A stretch of 64,000 bases of DNA from an uncultured candidate division Zixibacteria bacterium (GTDB taxonomy: Bacteria > Zixibacteria > MSB-5A5 > GN15 > FEB-12), in the NCBI GenBank assembly GCA_963711085.1, contig CAVQCT010000002.1, positions 263,592 to 327,591 on the forward strand. Reading direction: 5' to 3'. Every line of letters begins with the position of its first letter. The stretch's first letter is position 1. The position numbers were made by a program, and so were the translations under genes. This document shows positions 33,728-43,900 of the stretch, in pieces. The notes below the pieces were generated by a model. That model did no database searches, was not told where the DNA came from, and saw only the letters and a list, made by a program, of their open reading frames with translations.

Positions 33728-34061
33728 ATTTCCTCCCGACTGGCGATATTAATATTCACGCCCTGCTATGCGTGTGCGAGATCAGCATCCGGGTCCGATT
33801 GCAGAAAATTTAATTCTCTTTACAAAATAATGACGCCATTCCTCATGGTCAATGGTATTCGGGCACGCTTCAAGAGGGCAAGTACTTTTTAGTCCCTTTC
33901 GCAGCGCCTACCAATCATGATTCTTCGGCGAGAAGGTCAAGCTTGGAGCCAGCCATTACCTTTCTGCACTATCGCTCTTGTGTGAATAAAGTATCCGGGT
34001 TACTATTCTAAAAGGGAAGATAGTGCACCTTTAATAGAAGTTGGCAACGTTCGGTGGGATT

Positions 34062-34385
34062 ATGAAATCACGAATCATGTATATCGAAGATAAGTCAGCC
34101 GGCTTATCGGGACCGGCCCGCATCGGTCGCGTTACACTCTCCAAAACGGGAAAAACATTGTACTATGAAGGTCTTGCCTTTGTTAGTCTCAAAGGTGGGT
34201 ACAAGGCAAACTACCGTGTGGAGGGTACGGATAACGAGTATTGGATCTCCGGACCAAGAAAAGATGGGCGGGACCGCCTGTACGGGGAGCGGGTGCCGGT
34301 CGAGATCGACGAAGATGTGCGCGAGGAATACTGGACAACCATCCGCAACCTTCCGGAGCGGGTCAAGGATTCGTCGTACTGGTAA
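34062..34385 (+). CDS. Conserved hypothetical protein
   Basis: IMYIE...ARIGRVT.SKTGKTLYY...YWISGP..DG.DRLY. Confidence 0.7.
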   Translation: MKSRIMYIEDKSAGLSGPARIGRVTLSKTGKTLYYEGLAFVSLKGGYKANYRVEGTDNEYWISGPRKDGRDRLYGERVPVEIDEDVREEYWTTIRNLPERVKDSSYW

Positions 34386-34469
34386 GTGTCGCGTCAATCT
34401 GCTCAGGGAAAATCCCTCTTGACTATCGCTGATGAGCCAGAAAGAATCCAGCCGCGGGCAGTTGCGCCA

Positions 34470-34492
34470 CCCATCCGCTTGCGGTGGGTTTC
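34470..34492 (+). repeat. REP-like repeat A, copy 1
   Basis: cccatccgcttgcggtgggtttc, internally palindromic; five copies in the window. Confidence 0.8.
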
Positions 34493-34548
34493 CTCTCTGA
34501 AGACCGCCGCGGGCTCGTCCTTCCCAGGACGTGGCAACTCGTCCGCTA

Positions 34549-34726
34549 TCACGAATTCTTAGGATACGCTCTGATGCGCTTCAAGGTCTCGATAATCTTC
34601 CGGCGGTTTTTCGGATTGGTATTGAGGTTCATGCGGCTGAGGTGGGGGCATCGGAAGATTCGAATGTGATCGTACCGCTCGCGCAGCACTTCTTCTCAAC
34701 TCTTCTGCGCCTTCGCGCCGACCAAT
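34549..34726 (-). pseudogene. Uracil-DNA-glycosylase-like gene, 3' fragment
   Basis: RYDHIRIFRCPHLSRMNLNTNPKNRRKII; clearly similar in DNA to 35623-35800. Confidence 0.75.
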
Positions 34727-34727
34727 C

Positions 34728-34765
34728 TTTCTTCCGTAGGGTGGAGCCGTCTTCGGACCCGCCGT
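34728..34765 (+). repeat. REP-like repeat B (GTAGGG type), copy 1
   Basis: tttcttccgtagggtggagccgtcttcggacccgccgt, similar to 35516-35553. Confidence 0.7.
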
Positions 34766-34766
34766 A

Positions 34767-35420
34767 TCAGGATTTCTCATCAGTCGATTTCGTACTACGA
34801 CTGGCCGCCTCAATACAAGGCCGCATCTCCTCATGGTATGCCTCCCAAGCAGACTCGTATTCTTCCTGGCTGAAGAAGTCAATCTCGATTTCCTCCGGAG
34901 ATATTTTCTTAAGGTCCAGAGTGTTTATCATCGCATGAACGAACTGTGTTTGCCTCGAGGGATTTCTATCCGCTTGAAACAACTCGCGGAGGCTGTGATG
35001 GCATTGTTCAGTAACCTGATATTTCTTCTCCTTGAACGTTATCAGCCTCATTGAGAGCAGGTCGATTGTAGCCCTCTCTAATTCCCGGATCGTAGGGATT
35101 TTCCGATCGATGTAGTCTGCGTTATGGAGTACGCTTTTCAGGTCGACCCTGCTTTTGTTGTTGCCGGCAGCAACACAAACAAGAAGCAATGCATCAAAAT
35201 ATGGATACTCTTCTTTGATTGTGATTTTCTTGACTTTATCGTCTGGCTTCGGACTAAGAAAGAGTATCACCACCACGGTGACAAATATAGATCCGTATAT
35301 AACCAGTGTGACACGGGTAAGATATGGGTATTTCCAGCCTTGAGTTACGAGGTAAAAAAAAGGCGTGAGCACCAAAATGGCAATCATGACATTTAACAAT
35401 GTTTCTTTGAATTCTTCCAC
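34767..35420 (-). CDS. Hypothetical membrane-anchored protein
   Basis: 217-aa AT-rich ORF with two N-terminal TM helices. Confidence 0.6.
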   Translation of the reverse strand: MEEFKETLLNVMIAILVLTPFFYLVTQGWKYPYLTRVTLVIYGSIFVTVVVILFLSPKPDDKVKKITIKEEYPYFDALLLVCVAAGNNKSRVDLKSVLHNADYIDRKIPTIRELERATIDLLSMRLITFKEKKYQVTEQCHHSLRELFQADRNPSRQTQFVHAMINTLDLKKISPEEIEIDFFSQEEYESAWEAYHEEMRPCIEAASRSTKSTDEKS

Positions 35421-35494
35421 CCTGCTAATTCCTCTCAGTCAACAATTTACCGGTTGGGGTGATTGCCCGCAAGCGACATCTTTTGCCGAAGGCC

Positions 35495-35553
35495 GGCCCA
35501 GCCGCTTGCGGTGGGTTTCTTCCGTAGGGCGGCCTCGTCTTCGAGCCCGCCGT
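35495..35553 (+). repeat. REP-like repeat A copy 2 fused to repeat B copy 2
   Basis: ggcccagccgcttgcggtgggtttcttccgtagggcggcctcgtcttcgagcccgccgt. Confidence 0.8.
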
Positions 35554-35622
35554 CACCGATCCCGCCGCAGGCGGGGTAGTATTAGCAGGGCATGTCCATC
35601 TTAGAACGTGCCAGGATGCCGG

Positions 35623-36143
35623 TTATTCCGAGTCTTCAAGAAACTTCCGTACCCGCTTCAACGTATCAGCGATCTTGCGGCGGTTTTTCGGATTGGTATT
35701 GAGATTAAGGGGGCTGGGGTGGGGGCATCGGAAGAATCCGTATGCGATCGTACCGCTCGCGTAACACTCGCTCAACCTTCTGCGCCTTCGTGCCGACCAA
35801 TACGATCGCCCGGAGGCGAGGGAGGAGATTGATCAAACGATACAGGTAGGTCAATCCCAATTCGATGTCCGCTTTCGTCGGTGGCTGCTTCTGCCCGTCT
35901 TTGCTGAGATCCCACGGAACGATATTCCAGGTGACCGTCAACTTTCTCGGAAGCTTCGCTACTTCGTTCGCCTCGAAGAAATTCTTCGCCGTCTCGTCAT
36001 TGTTATCGCGCGAGACGAAGCCCGATCCGACTCTGCCTCCCCGGCGAACGCCGGGGCCCATCTTCTTCGTCATTCGCCCGGGGGATTCGAGCACGAAGAG
36101 GCATTTTGCTCTGACGCCGCCATCGAGCGGATCGAAATAGGGG
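35623..36143 (-). pseudogene. Uracil-DNA-glycosylase-like gene, 5'-truncated, frameshift near 35737
   Basis: PYFDPLDGG...LESPG, SGFVSRDNNDETA, WNIVPW, VLVG, and CPHPSP after frame correction. Confidence 0.8.
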
Positions 36144-36192
36144 AGGCCATACGTTGAAATGCTTAACTATAGTTATGAAATCTGAATCTATT

Positions 36193-36223
36193 GAAGAAGA
36201 AACCCGCCGCAAGCGGTTAGACC
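36193..36223 (-). repeat. REP-like repeat A, copy 3 (inverted)
   Basis: gaagaagaaacccgccgcaagcggttagacc. Confidence 0.7.
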
Positions 36224-36240
36224 CCACGGGGACTTGAACC

Positions 36241-36978
36241 CTAAAGGTCTTTGGCGCAATATCTACAGACAATGGCCTCGGCCTTGATAATCTCCGCGCA
36301 GTACGGACATTTTTTCTCATTTGGCTTCAGCCTGACTTTGAATGTTTTCCGAAAGGAAATGAATTTGTCAAAGACTGCGGCCGATGAACGGACATTTTGG
36401 GCAAAACTGGGTGTCGATGTTTCGAATACTATTGTCACGCTATTGCCAGAGTCATCTCGCGTAAGCAGTTTCAAGAACATTTGATCGTGTTTCTCTGTCT
36501 TCTGCTGGGTGATTCCTAATGGGCCCATGACGACGAGTGCCCCCAAATCAAAGTTTTTTGTGAATTGACTATGATCCAGAATCTCAAAAGATTCAATTGA
36601 ATCTCTGGGCAATTCCATAAGTCGCGAGTAGTCCTTTTCCTTGTAGAAAATGTAACAGTCTGGCGTAACAATGTAACCAATCTGCCTGTCGTTGTCGTCG
36701 TAGTTGAGAAAGCCGGTTATATAGGTTGCAAACCATCTTTCTTCATACACACGGTCCGCAATCTTATCTAAGAGCTTTCGATTCTCGCCTATAAGTTCTT
36801 TAAGTTGGCGATTCTTCAACCACTTCTTTCTATCGCCAACAATCATGGGTATGATGATGGCGATCAGGACAGTGGCGATCAGAATCAAGACTCCACCGCT
36901 TTCTCCACGTGTGTAGGCATCTAGGCCGTTATACAAGAAGAACACAACGAATAATGACAGGAATACATACTTCATCAC
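36241..36978 (-). CDS. Membrane protein with C-terminal zinc ribbon (UPF0547-like)
   Basis: Two TM helices; KKCPYCAEIIKAEAIVCRYC. Confidence 0.8.
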   Translation of the reverse strand: MMKYVFLSLFVVFFLYNGLDAYTRGESGGVLILIATVLIAIIIPMIVGDRKKWLKNRQLKELIGENRKLLDKIADRVYEERWFATYITGFLNYDDNDRQIGYIVTPDCYIFYKEKDYSRLMELPRDSIESFEILDHSQFTKNFDLGALVVMGPLGITQQKTEKHDQMFLKLLTRDDSGNSVTIVFETSTPSFAQNVRSSAAVFDKFISFRKTFKVRLKPNEKKCPYCAEIIKAEAIVCRYCAKDL

Positions 36979-37107
36979 AAGCCTCCAAATGCATCCTATG
37001 TCTGAACGAATGCGCCATAAATCCCTCGCTTAACATAGGGGATAAACGTCTGCCTTGTCAACCGCCTGAATTCTGGAATAAATTCTTTTGCGAGGAGTTG
37101 GACACTC

Positions 37108-37276
37108 GATTGACGCCGCCATCGAGCGGACCGAAATAGGGGACATCGTCCCGCGCCTCTCCCGCCTGATCTTCCTGACGAACTCCGTCAGCGGCTCGAT
37201 ATGCCGCTCATTCAGCCGCTTCTTTCTGTGCGGCTATTTCCGATGGGTCTCTGAGGGATTTAGGCTGGTCTTTCAT
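37108..37276 (-). pseudogene. Uracil-DNA-glycosylase-like gene, 5' fragment
   Basis: GGAGGT RBS, MKDQPKSL...HIEPLTEFV...VPYFGPLDGGV; shares cccctatttcg.tccgctcgatggcggcgtca with the 36111-36143 segment. Confidence 0.7.
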
Positions 37277-37360
37277 GCACCTCCTGGTCAATGCGGCAAG
37301 GTACGACATCTAACCACAGAAATCAAATGGCATGCTTAGGCATTGGCCTTATAGATAAGG

Positions 37361-37392
37361 AAGGAGAAACCCGACGCAAGCGGCTGGACCAC
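37361..37392 (-). repeat. REP-like repeat A, copy 4 (inverted)
   Basis: aaggagaaacccgacgcaagcggctggaccac. Confidence 0.65.
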
Positions 37393-37521
37393 GCAGGCGC
37401 AACGAATCGCACTAGCTAGGCAACGTTTGCTAAAGTGTAGGTGAAAGAACCTTAATAATCAAGGTCTTTCAGTCGCGAGACCTTTTCGCCGCTAACCTTC
37501 GGAAGGCATCAATCGCTATTA

Positions 37522-38505
37522 TCACCCTAACCGATTTATCTCTCTTTCCAATTCGCGGACGGAATCCATTATCTCTTCCAGAGGAGGGGTGCTACCGAAT
37601 ATCATAATCCGCATGTCGCTATAATCCGTTTTAAGTTGTCGCTGAATGTGAGCAGGAGGGACCAACTTGATAGTCTTTGGAACAGCCAAATTATAGCGGG
37701 CCCACTTTTGATAGTAGAACTTCTTTTTAAACTCAACTACTTGTTTCAGCAACTCTAAGTCCTGCAGTGCTCTCTCCTTGATCTCTGACTTTGCCAACTT
37801 CATAATGTCATAGTAATGACGAGAGTGTCTTTCCTTCACCGATTGTGTCTTAGTTCGATGAGCTTCTACATGAAGAATTGTTACTTTCTCCCAAAAGGTC
37901 CTTTCCGCCTTAATTGCCCGAACACTTACTTGTGATGATTTGAACATTTCGGGAGCCGACTTGGCCGCGTACGGAGTTATTGTGTAGCTTCCATGAGGTT
38001 CCCATGCTGCCAAAGGTCCTGTCTCTAAAAGAACTTCGGGGCGAACATATGCTTCCTTAAATGCAGCAGGATACTTGACTATAATAGACAATGCTCGGTC
38101 GGTGTCGATTCTCGCCTCACAAATTGGCTTAATGCGCGAGTTAAGCAAGGGTACAAAGTGACTTTCCAAATATTTATTGGCTGCACTGTTGACCTTTTTA
38201 TTGAATCTAGTCTGCTGCGTGTTGGATCTAATTTCATATGGAGGCTCATGCACAAATTCAGACCAGTCGAGGATCAGGTCTATATCCTCAGAAAACCTTT
38301 CTATTACGTCAAATATCTTGGACAAAGTAGTCCCACCTTTAAACAGTATTTTCTTGTCAAGCTGTTTGGTAGTAAACAGCTTTTCCAAGGTCCAACAAAC
38401 CCAAAAGTCCTTTTCAACAAGTACTGCTGGTATACCACTCTTTGTTTCTGTAAGCTTGAAAAGATCTTTTCGATCATCTGGCGATACTGAGGCGATCTTG
38501 TCCAT
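37522..38505 (-). CDS. abiEii: AbiEii/AbiGii-family nucleotidyltransferase toxin (type IV TA)
   Basis: VEKDFWV, FKGGT.LSK, RFSEDIDL, ERTFWEK, RHYYD. Confidence 0.92.
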   Translation of the reverse strand: MDKIASVSPDDRKDLFKLTETKSGIPAVLVEKDFWVCWTLEKLFTTKQLDKKILFKGGTTLSKIFDVIERFSEDIDLILDWSEFVHEPPYEIRSNTQQTRFNKKVNSAANKYLESHFVPLLNSRIKPICEARIDTDRALSIIVKYPAAFKEAYVRPEVLLETGPLAAWEPHGSYTITPYAAKSAPEMFKSSQVSVRAIKAERTFWEKVTILHVEAHRTKTQSVKERHSRHYYDIMKLAKSEIKERALQDLELLKQVVEFKKKFYYQKWARYNLAVPKTIKLVPPAHIQRQLKTDYSDMRIMIFGSTPPLEEIMDSVRELEREINRLG

Positions 38506-39111
38506 CTAGTCCTCTCTGCAAATTTCTCGTATCGAATCGTAGATCCAACCCGAGACTGTGTTGGTGTCCTTCAAAATAAGTAATTTCAGCGAAGGATCTA
38601 GCCAGCGGCGAATTTTATTTAACTTCTCCTGAGAAATCCGTTCTTTCCCTAACGACTTCAGTGCCTGAACTATGATCGCACTCTCGTGATGCTTGAAGCC
38701 AATTTCCTTTGTAGTCGAATTCCGAAATACTAAGCTGACTTTTCCGATTTCATAGGTACGATCAGGTCCACTCGAACGATATAGATACTTTCCCACGACT
38801 TGTGTGGACAAGCCGATCGTATTCAAGGCAGCAGGACCACTCGGTTCGATTTCCCATTTGAATTTGCGAGCCAATGCTTGCGCGACTTGATCAACGTCTG
38901 GCCCCAATTGCTGATTCAAGGATTTACTGAATCCCGGATAGTCATAGATTCCACGAATAACTCTTCTAATTTCGCCCTTTTCACAGAGCGTGTGCAAAGC
39001 GACGTCGATGGAAGCACGGGTTCCAATAGTGGAAAAGTCTGTCCGAGAGAAAGCCCATCCCCTGCCCTTGCCGTATATTACCTGGCTTATTTTTCTTTTC
39101 ACGCTTCTCAT
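38506..39111 (-). CDS. abiEi: DUF6088/AbiEi-family antitoxin
   Basis: Winged helix (IRRVIRGIYDYP), GPAALN.IGLSTQV; abuts the toxin gene. Confidence 0.88.
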   Translation of the reverse strand: MRSVKRKISQVIYGKGRGWAFSRTDFSTIGTRASIDVALHTLCEKGEIRRVIRGIYDYPGFSKSLNQQLGPDVDQVAQALARKFKWEIEPSGPAALNTIGLSTQVVGKYLYRSSGPDRTYEIGKVSLVFRNSTTKEIGFKHHESAIIVQALKSLGKERISQEKLNKIRRWLDPSLKLLILKDTNTVSGWIYDSIREICRED

Positions 39112-39238
39112 TGATATGCTACTCTATTTCCTCAAGTATTGTGATGTTAGTGATTCAGAAATCACTCTATGTCTAATTTACAGCTAAATTGATGTAATCC
39201 TTTACATACGATATGATTATAAATCTATAAGTGAAATG

Positions 39239-39276
39239 ATTTTTTAAGAAAAAAAGGGGTATTTTTCTTAAAAAAT
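39239..39276. promoter_or_regulatory. Inverted repeat with 15-bp arms, candidate operator
   Basis: attttttaagaaaaa-N8-tttttcttaaaaaat upstream of the DUF6088 gene; low complexity. Confidence 0.5.
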
Positions 39277-39385
39277 TACACCAATTTTATTACCTGCAAA
39301 TTTAGATACAACTAATTCGGAAGAACCTCTACAGCCCCCATAACTTACTTGCTAGGAATGAATTATGCTGAGTGACAAAGGGGCA

Positions 39386-39429
39386 CTCACTAGGTTTATG
39401 TAGTATATATACTACATAAACCTAGTGAG
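39386..39429. repeat. Perfect 44-bp palindrome
   Basis: ctcactaggtttatgtagtata|tatactacataaacctagtgag. Confidence 0.95.
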
Positions 39430-39495
39430 CTCAAGACTTATCAAAACAAGCATATCAAGCCAAGAGACAGGGTCATGCTAGAAATCTATTGAAAC

Positions 39496-39531
39496 TCTCG
39501 TATATGAAGTATATATACTTCATATACGAGA
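39496..39531. repeat. Perfect 36-bp palindrome overlapping a putative promoter
   Basis: tctcgtatatgaagtata|tatacttcatatacgaga; TTGAAA at 39489, 17-bp spacer, TATATA. Confidence 0.95.
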
Positions 39532-39582
39532 ACGGCAAAGCCAATTCCGTAGGATCAGAATACACGATCTCACATCAGACCG

Positions 39583-40458
39583 ATGAAAACATCGAGCCTT
39601 CAATTAGCCAAAGGGCAAATAGAGAACTTTCTTAGAACAACTAAGGGACGGATCTACAAACGGAAGGACATTCTCCGAATCTTGGCAGAGAATCGAGAAG
39701 AGTGGAAACTCGCGGGCTCAACCAAAGCGGGAGAGTTCTTAAATTACCTGAAGCAGATCGGACTGATTACAAAACACGAATTGAAATTCCCTCAAAGAAA
39801 GGAAGTGCGTTTTGTACAAGGGGAAGTGTCGGAATATGAGCTAATCTTGTCCATCCGACCTGATGGCTATTTCAGTCATTATACCGCTCTTGTACTACAC
39901 AAGTTGGTAGACAAGAAGCCAGACGCAATATACTTCAACTGCGAACAGCGGCCAAAACACCGTAGTAATGCAGAACTTGTTCAGGATAGAATTGATTACG
40001 CCTTCCAAAGTAGGTGCCGACTATCCAAGAACTACGCGAAATTCAATGGCAAGAGGGTCTATTTACTAAACGGGAAATACACTGGAGGAGTGGGGGTAAC
40101 CTTGACGTCTGTGGGGCCGAAGAGCGAAGTGCGTGTCGCGAGTGTGGAGCGTACACTCATAGATTGTACAGTCAGACCCATTTACTCGGGTGGCGTCAGG
40201 TGTGTTTTAGAGGCGTTTAGAGCTGCCGTAGGTAGGATTGCGATCACGTCTCTTCTGGAGACGCTGAACGCTTTGGATTATCTCTATCCGTATCATCAGG
40301 CAATAGGATTCTATCTAGAGCGCTCCGGTGTGTACACGGATGACGACATTGCGAGTGTTGCCGAAAAGGAAAAGCGGTTTGATTTCTATTTGACCCATAA
40401 CATGAAGAATCCAAGGTATTCTAAGAAATGGAGGCTTTACTTCCCCAGAGGTTTCTGA
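39583..40458 (+). CDS. Orphan AbiEi-like antitoxin/transcriptional regulator
   Basis: GYFSHYTAL.LH.L and RVASVERTLIDC.VRP.YSGG AbiEi C-terminal motifs. Confidence 0.8.
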   Translation: MKTSSLQLAKGQIENFLRTTKGRIYKRKDILRILAENREEWKLAGSTKAGEFLNYLKQIGLITKHELKFPQRKEVRFVQGEVSEYELILSIRPDGYFSHYTALVLHKLVDKKPDAIYFNCEQRPKHRSNAELVQDRIDYAFQSRCRLSKNYAKFNGKRVYLLNGKYTGGVGVTLTSVGPKSEVRVASVERTLIDCTVRPIYSGGVRCVLEAFRAAVGRIAITSLLETLNALDYLYPYHQAIGFYLERSGVYTDDDIASVAEKEKRFDFYLTHNMKNPRYSKKWRLYFPRGF

Positions 40459-40479
40459 CGCTTAGCCAAGAAAGACGGC

Positions 40480-40512
40480 GTGGCCCATCCGCTTGCGGTG
40501 GGTTTCTTCTTC
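40480..40512 (+). repeat. REP-like repeat A, copy 5
   Basis: gtggcccatccgcttgcggtgggtttcttcttc. Confidence 0.8.
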
Positions 40513-40907
40513 GGCATATCTTAAATGAATTGATTCATTTAATTTCCCACTCTTCTGCCCATATCCGCCCACCGTATCCAATAAAAAGCGGGCCTTACGA
40601 GATGAGTTTCTAAACTCGATTGAAAAGGGCGAGTCCGTCATAGTGCTGAGGCGTTTGCTTCCACAAAGTGGAAGCGCCGGCTCTCAAGTCGACAGACTTA
40701 CGGTACTAAAATCGTTCAAGACTTTGTACCTCGGGCACTTGCCGAACTGACGGCTCTCCGAAGCAGACTAATTCACTTGAATGTGACGGAATCGACAAAT
40801 ATCAGTTTGTGGCTCTTTTCAAGCGACCACATTCCAATGACTTCTGATGCAGCATGCTTGGTAGGCATGCTTCGGAATAGGATAAATCGGATTAGCCAAC
40901 TCAGACT

Positions 40908-43900
40908 CTATTGACAAGGTACCGGAGCCGAACCGTTACTAAAGGAGTAATCAACGAGATAAATGAGGTCCGTAACGTCTATGGTCTTATCGCCGTTGAC
41001 GTCTCCTTCTTCTTCGCAAAGTGGCGCGGACCCACCAGAAAACGAATAGTCGACCAGATAGATCAAATCGGATATGTCCACGCTACCGTCACGATTAACA
41101 TCACCTCGTACGTCACAGCAACCCGGTTCCATCTCGTTGGGGAGATTTAGTGTGTCGTCCGGTTCACCAGACATGTCCGAATCAACTAGTATCATAATTG
41201 AATCTCCATGAGTACGCCAGTCCGGAACGATACTCTGTGAGCTGGTAGCTGCTATATTTATTCCGCTATGGTAGAAGACTGTGTCAATTGTGTTGTTGGT
41301 GATTTGCACGCGTAAAGAATAACTCGTCGTGGGGCCAAAATTGTCTACTTTGAATTCAGATCCAGTCGACAAAGAAAATCGAATTGAATCACCTGGGGCA
41401 GATGAGATATTCTGTGCCTCGCATACTATTTCCGAATCGGGATGAATGTCAATTATCTGCATAGAATAGCGACTTTCGCCTGAATTCTGATTGGAAACCG
41501 TAACCATGCTATCATTTCCCGGATAGGCGAGAGACACCACTCCACCTAGCGACATACTAGAATCAGTGTACTTCATCACAGTTGAATCAGTCACGAGTGT
41601 GAGAGTGAAAGACGTATCGCTTAAGTCTGTGGCATGGATAATCCAACGGTCATTCGGAAGGTAATATCCGATTGGAGGAGTTTCTTGTCCCGTGAGCGGA
41701 ATAATCGGCATACCATCCGCAAGATCGTCAAACAAGGAATCTCCTACGAGACCTATGTTGCCATTGGGAGATTCGAGGGCTAACGTGCCAGTCGTGGGCA
41801 GATAGATTTCAATATGTTCAGAGGCACTTCCATTCTTCTCATTTGACAAATGACCATGCGACGGATCAGTTTCCGATAGGATAGGGGACGATTCGTAGTC
41901 TGACACAGGACCCATCAAGAAAAGATGCTGGCTCCCACCCCAACCTGACAGTCTATCGTATGACCATGTATTACTGCTTGTATTTATGGCAATTCGGCAT
42001 GTAAAATCATTGGGATAGTTGTTGTCATATACATAAATGTAGTATATGTTGGAATTCGATTGATCTGGTTCACATCGGTATGGCACCACCGCATGGCCAC
42101 CTGAGCCATGGTTGTTATAGAGAACTAATACACGATCATCGCGCGGTGGGGCCGAGGACTGAAACATCTCCTGACAGTCAGCTAGAGTTTGACTTGAGGT
42201 TGAATAATTGTAACCCTCGTTTGAGTACTGCTGTTGTGTCTCTCCGAATTGGTAAATCCAGTACTTATTAATAGTTTTGCGGCTCTCATCGTTAATGGGA
42301 ACACCGTACAAATTCGACGCACCAGGGAACTCAGATGCTAACGACAGATATCCATCAAAGAACAAATCTGCTGCGACCGCGAATCCGAAGCATGATCCAC
42401 CCCAAGCGCCCTTAATTCCTAGCCATTTGGCAATAGCCGATGGTCTGTAAATAATTAGACCAGGTGGAGGGTCAAAGTAACACTGGCTGGCACCAAAGGC
42501 ATCGACAAACAAGGGCCAATCTGGAAAGTCCGATGGTGAACACACAAATCGCCAGCTTGCCGGATATTGGGAACTGGTATAGTCGAATTGCCCCCACCAC
42601 GACTGCGGCCACATGTTATTCAGGCAATTACAGAATTGCCAACCATCCGGGTTCGGTCTCGCGCCCAAGTCTCCACATGCTGTAGGTCCCGAATTCGGAT
42701 CGTAGATATGGTAAGTATGCGGGCCATCCCAACGAGGAAAGGCGTCTGGGCCCGTCCACTTCCAACGCCCCGTTGGTCGATAGAAACCAGAATCAAGAAT
42801 GATAGTCTTACCGTTATATTGAGAATCAATTGGGCCAATTGTAATTTTATATGCTACGGAGTCGAAGCCCGGGGGCAATCCCGTGCTCCCACCCGGCAGA
42901 TAACTTCCACCAAAGCCTACTGTATCCGAGTAGCAGCCGGGGCCGAACTTAGAGATTTGAAAGATAAGAGAGAACCACTGTTTCCAATTCAACGGCAGCG
43001 TATCTGCGACGGTTGAACCCCAGCAAGCGACATCAAGGTCAGGCCAATCATGGGAATGGATACGGAATCCATTTGTCATTCCATGATGGCTCATGCTATC
43101 ACTGATTAGCCGAATCCAAAAAGTGATCAATTGGCCGGTGGGGATGGTGTCAGGTGCGTAAAGTCCATCAACATGATCAAGAGAAATTGAAGGAAGCGCG
43201 ATGTCAAAATCTGCGGTCATGCCTATGCCTGGGGAGGAGATGTTGCCGATCGTAGTTCTGGTCGTTTCGCCAGCATAGCTTCTAGTGTTGGGGACTGTGC
43301 TGTCGGAGAATTCTGTTTGGGTAAAAGTAGACCAGACATCAGTACTATCTCCCAGATTTAGTCCTTCTTGGAGGTCTAATCGACCGTCGGCCTGCATGAC
43401 TCCGAGCAACGGGTGATTTTCGTCCGTATTGTCGTTGACACCTTCGTCGACATGGAAGATGAGCAGACCTGATCCTGGGATTCCAATATCATGGCCCACT
43501 TTCTGGCGGTTTTCGACCAAGAAGTACTCGTTGCCTGTAATTCCACGTCTCCAAAGCCTGTAAGCGACCGGATTGTGTATACTTGCTGGGATCGTAAGGC
43601 CCGGCGCGCCGGAGGAAATATTATTGGGAGTCAAGAAACCCAATTGCTTTTTACACCAAGCATCCAAAAACGCAGGATATCGCCCGGAATAGTTCCAGCT
43701 GCCGGAAGACATGAGTGACCAGTCGCCGATTCCTGACGACGAATAGTCAGGGTCATACAAATCGGGTAGGCCAAGAAAGTGTCCGTATTCATGACAAAAC
43801 ACACCGATGGTGATAAGACCCACACCCTGGAGTTCTTCTGGTTCTGTTGTATATCCTTGGATATCAACCCCATCCAAATGCATAGTATAACTGGTTGATC

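Noticed and set aside
39386-39531. Linear-replicon telomere site
   Set aside because: No protelomerase or replication gene in the window; kept only as an alternative to the operator explanation
34470-40512. CRISPR array or integron attC array formed by the repeat A copies
   Set aside because: Spacing is irregular (0.7-3 kb) and orientation is mixed; no cas or intI gene; no RYYYAAC/GTTRRRY boundaries recognised
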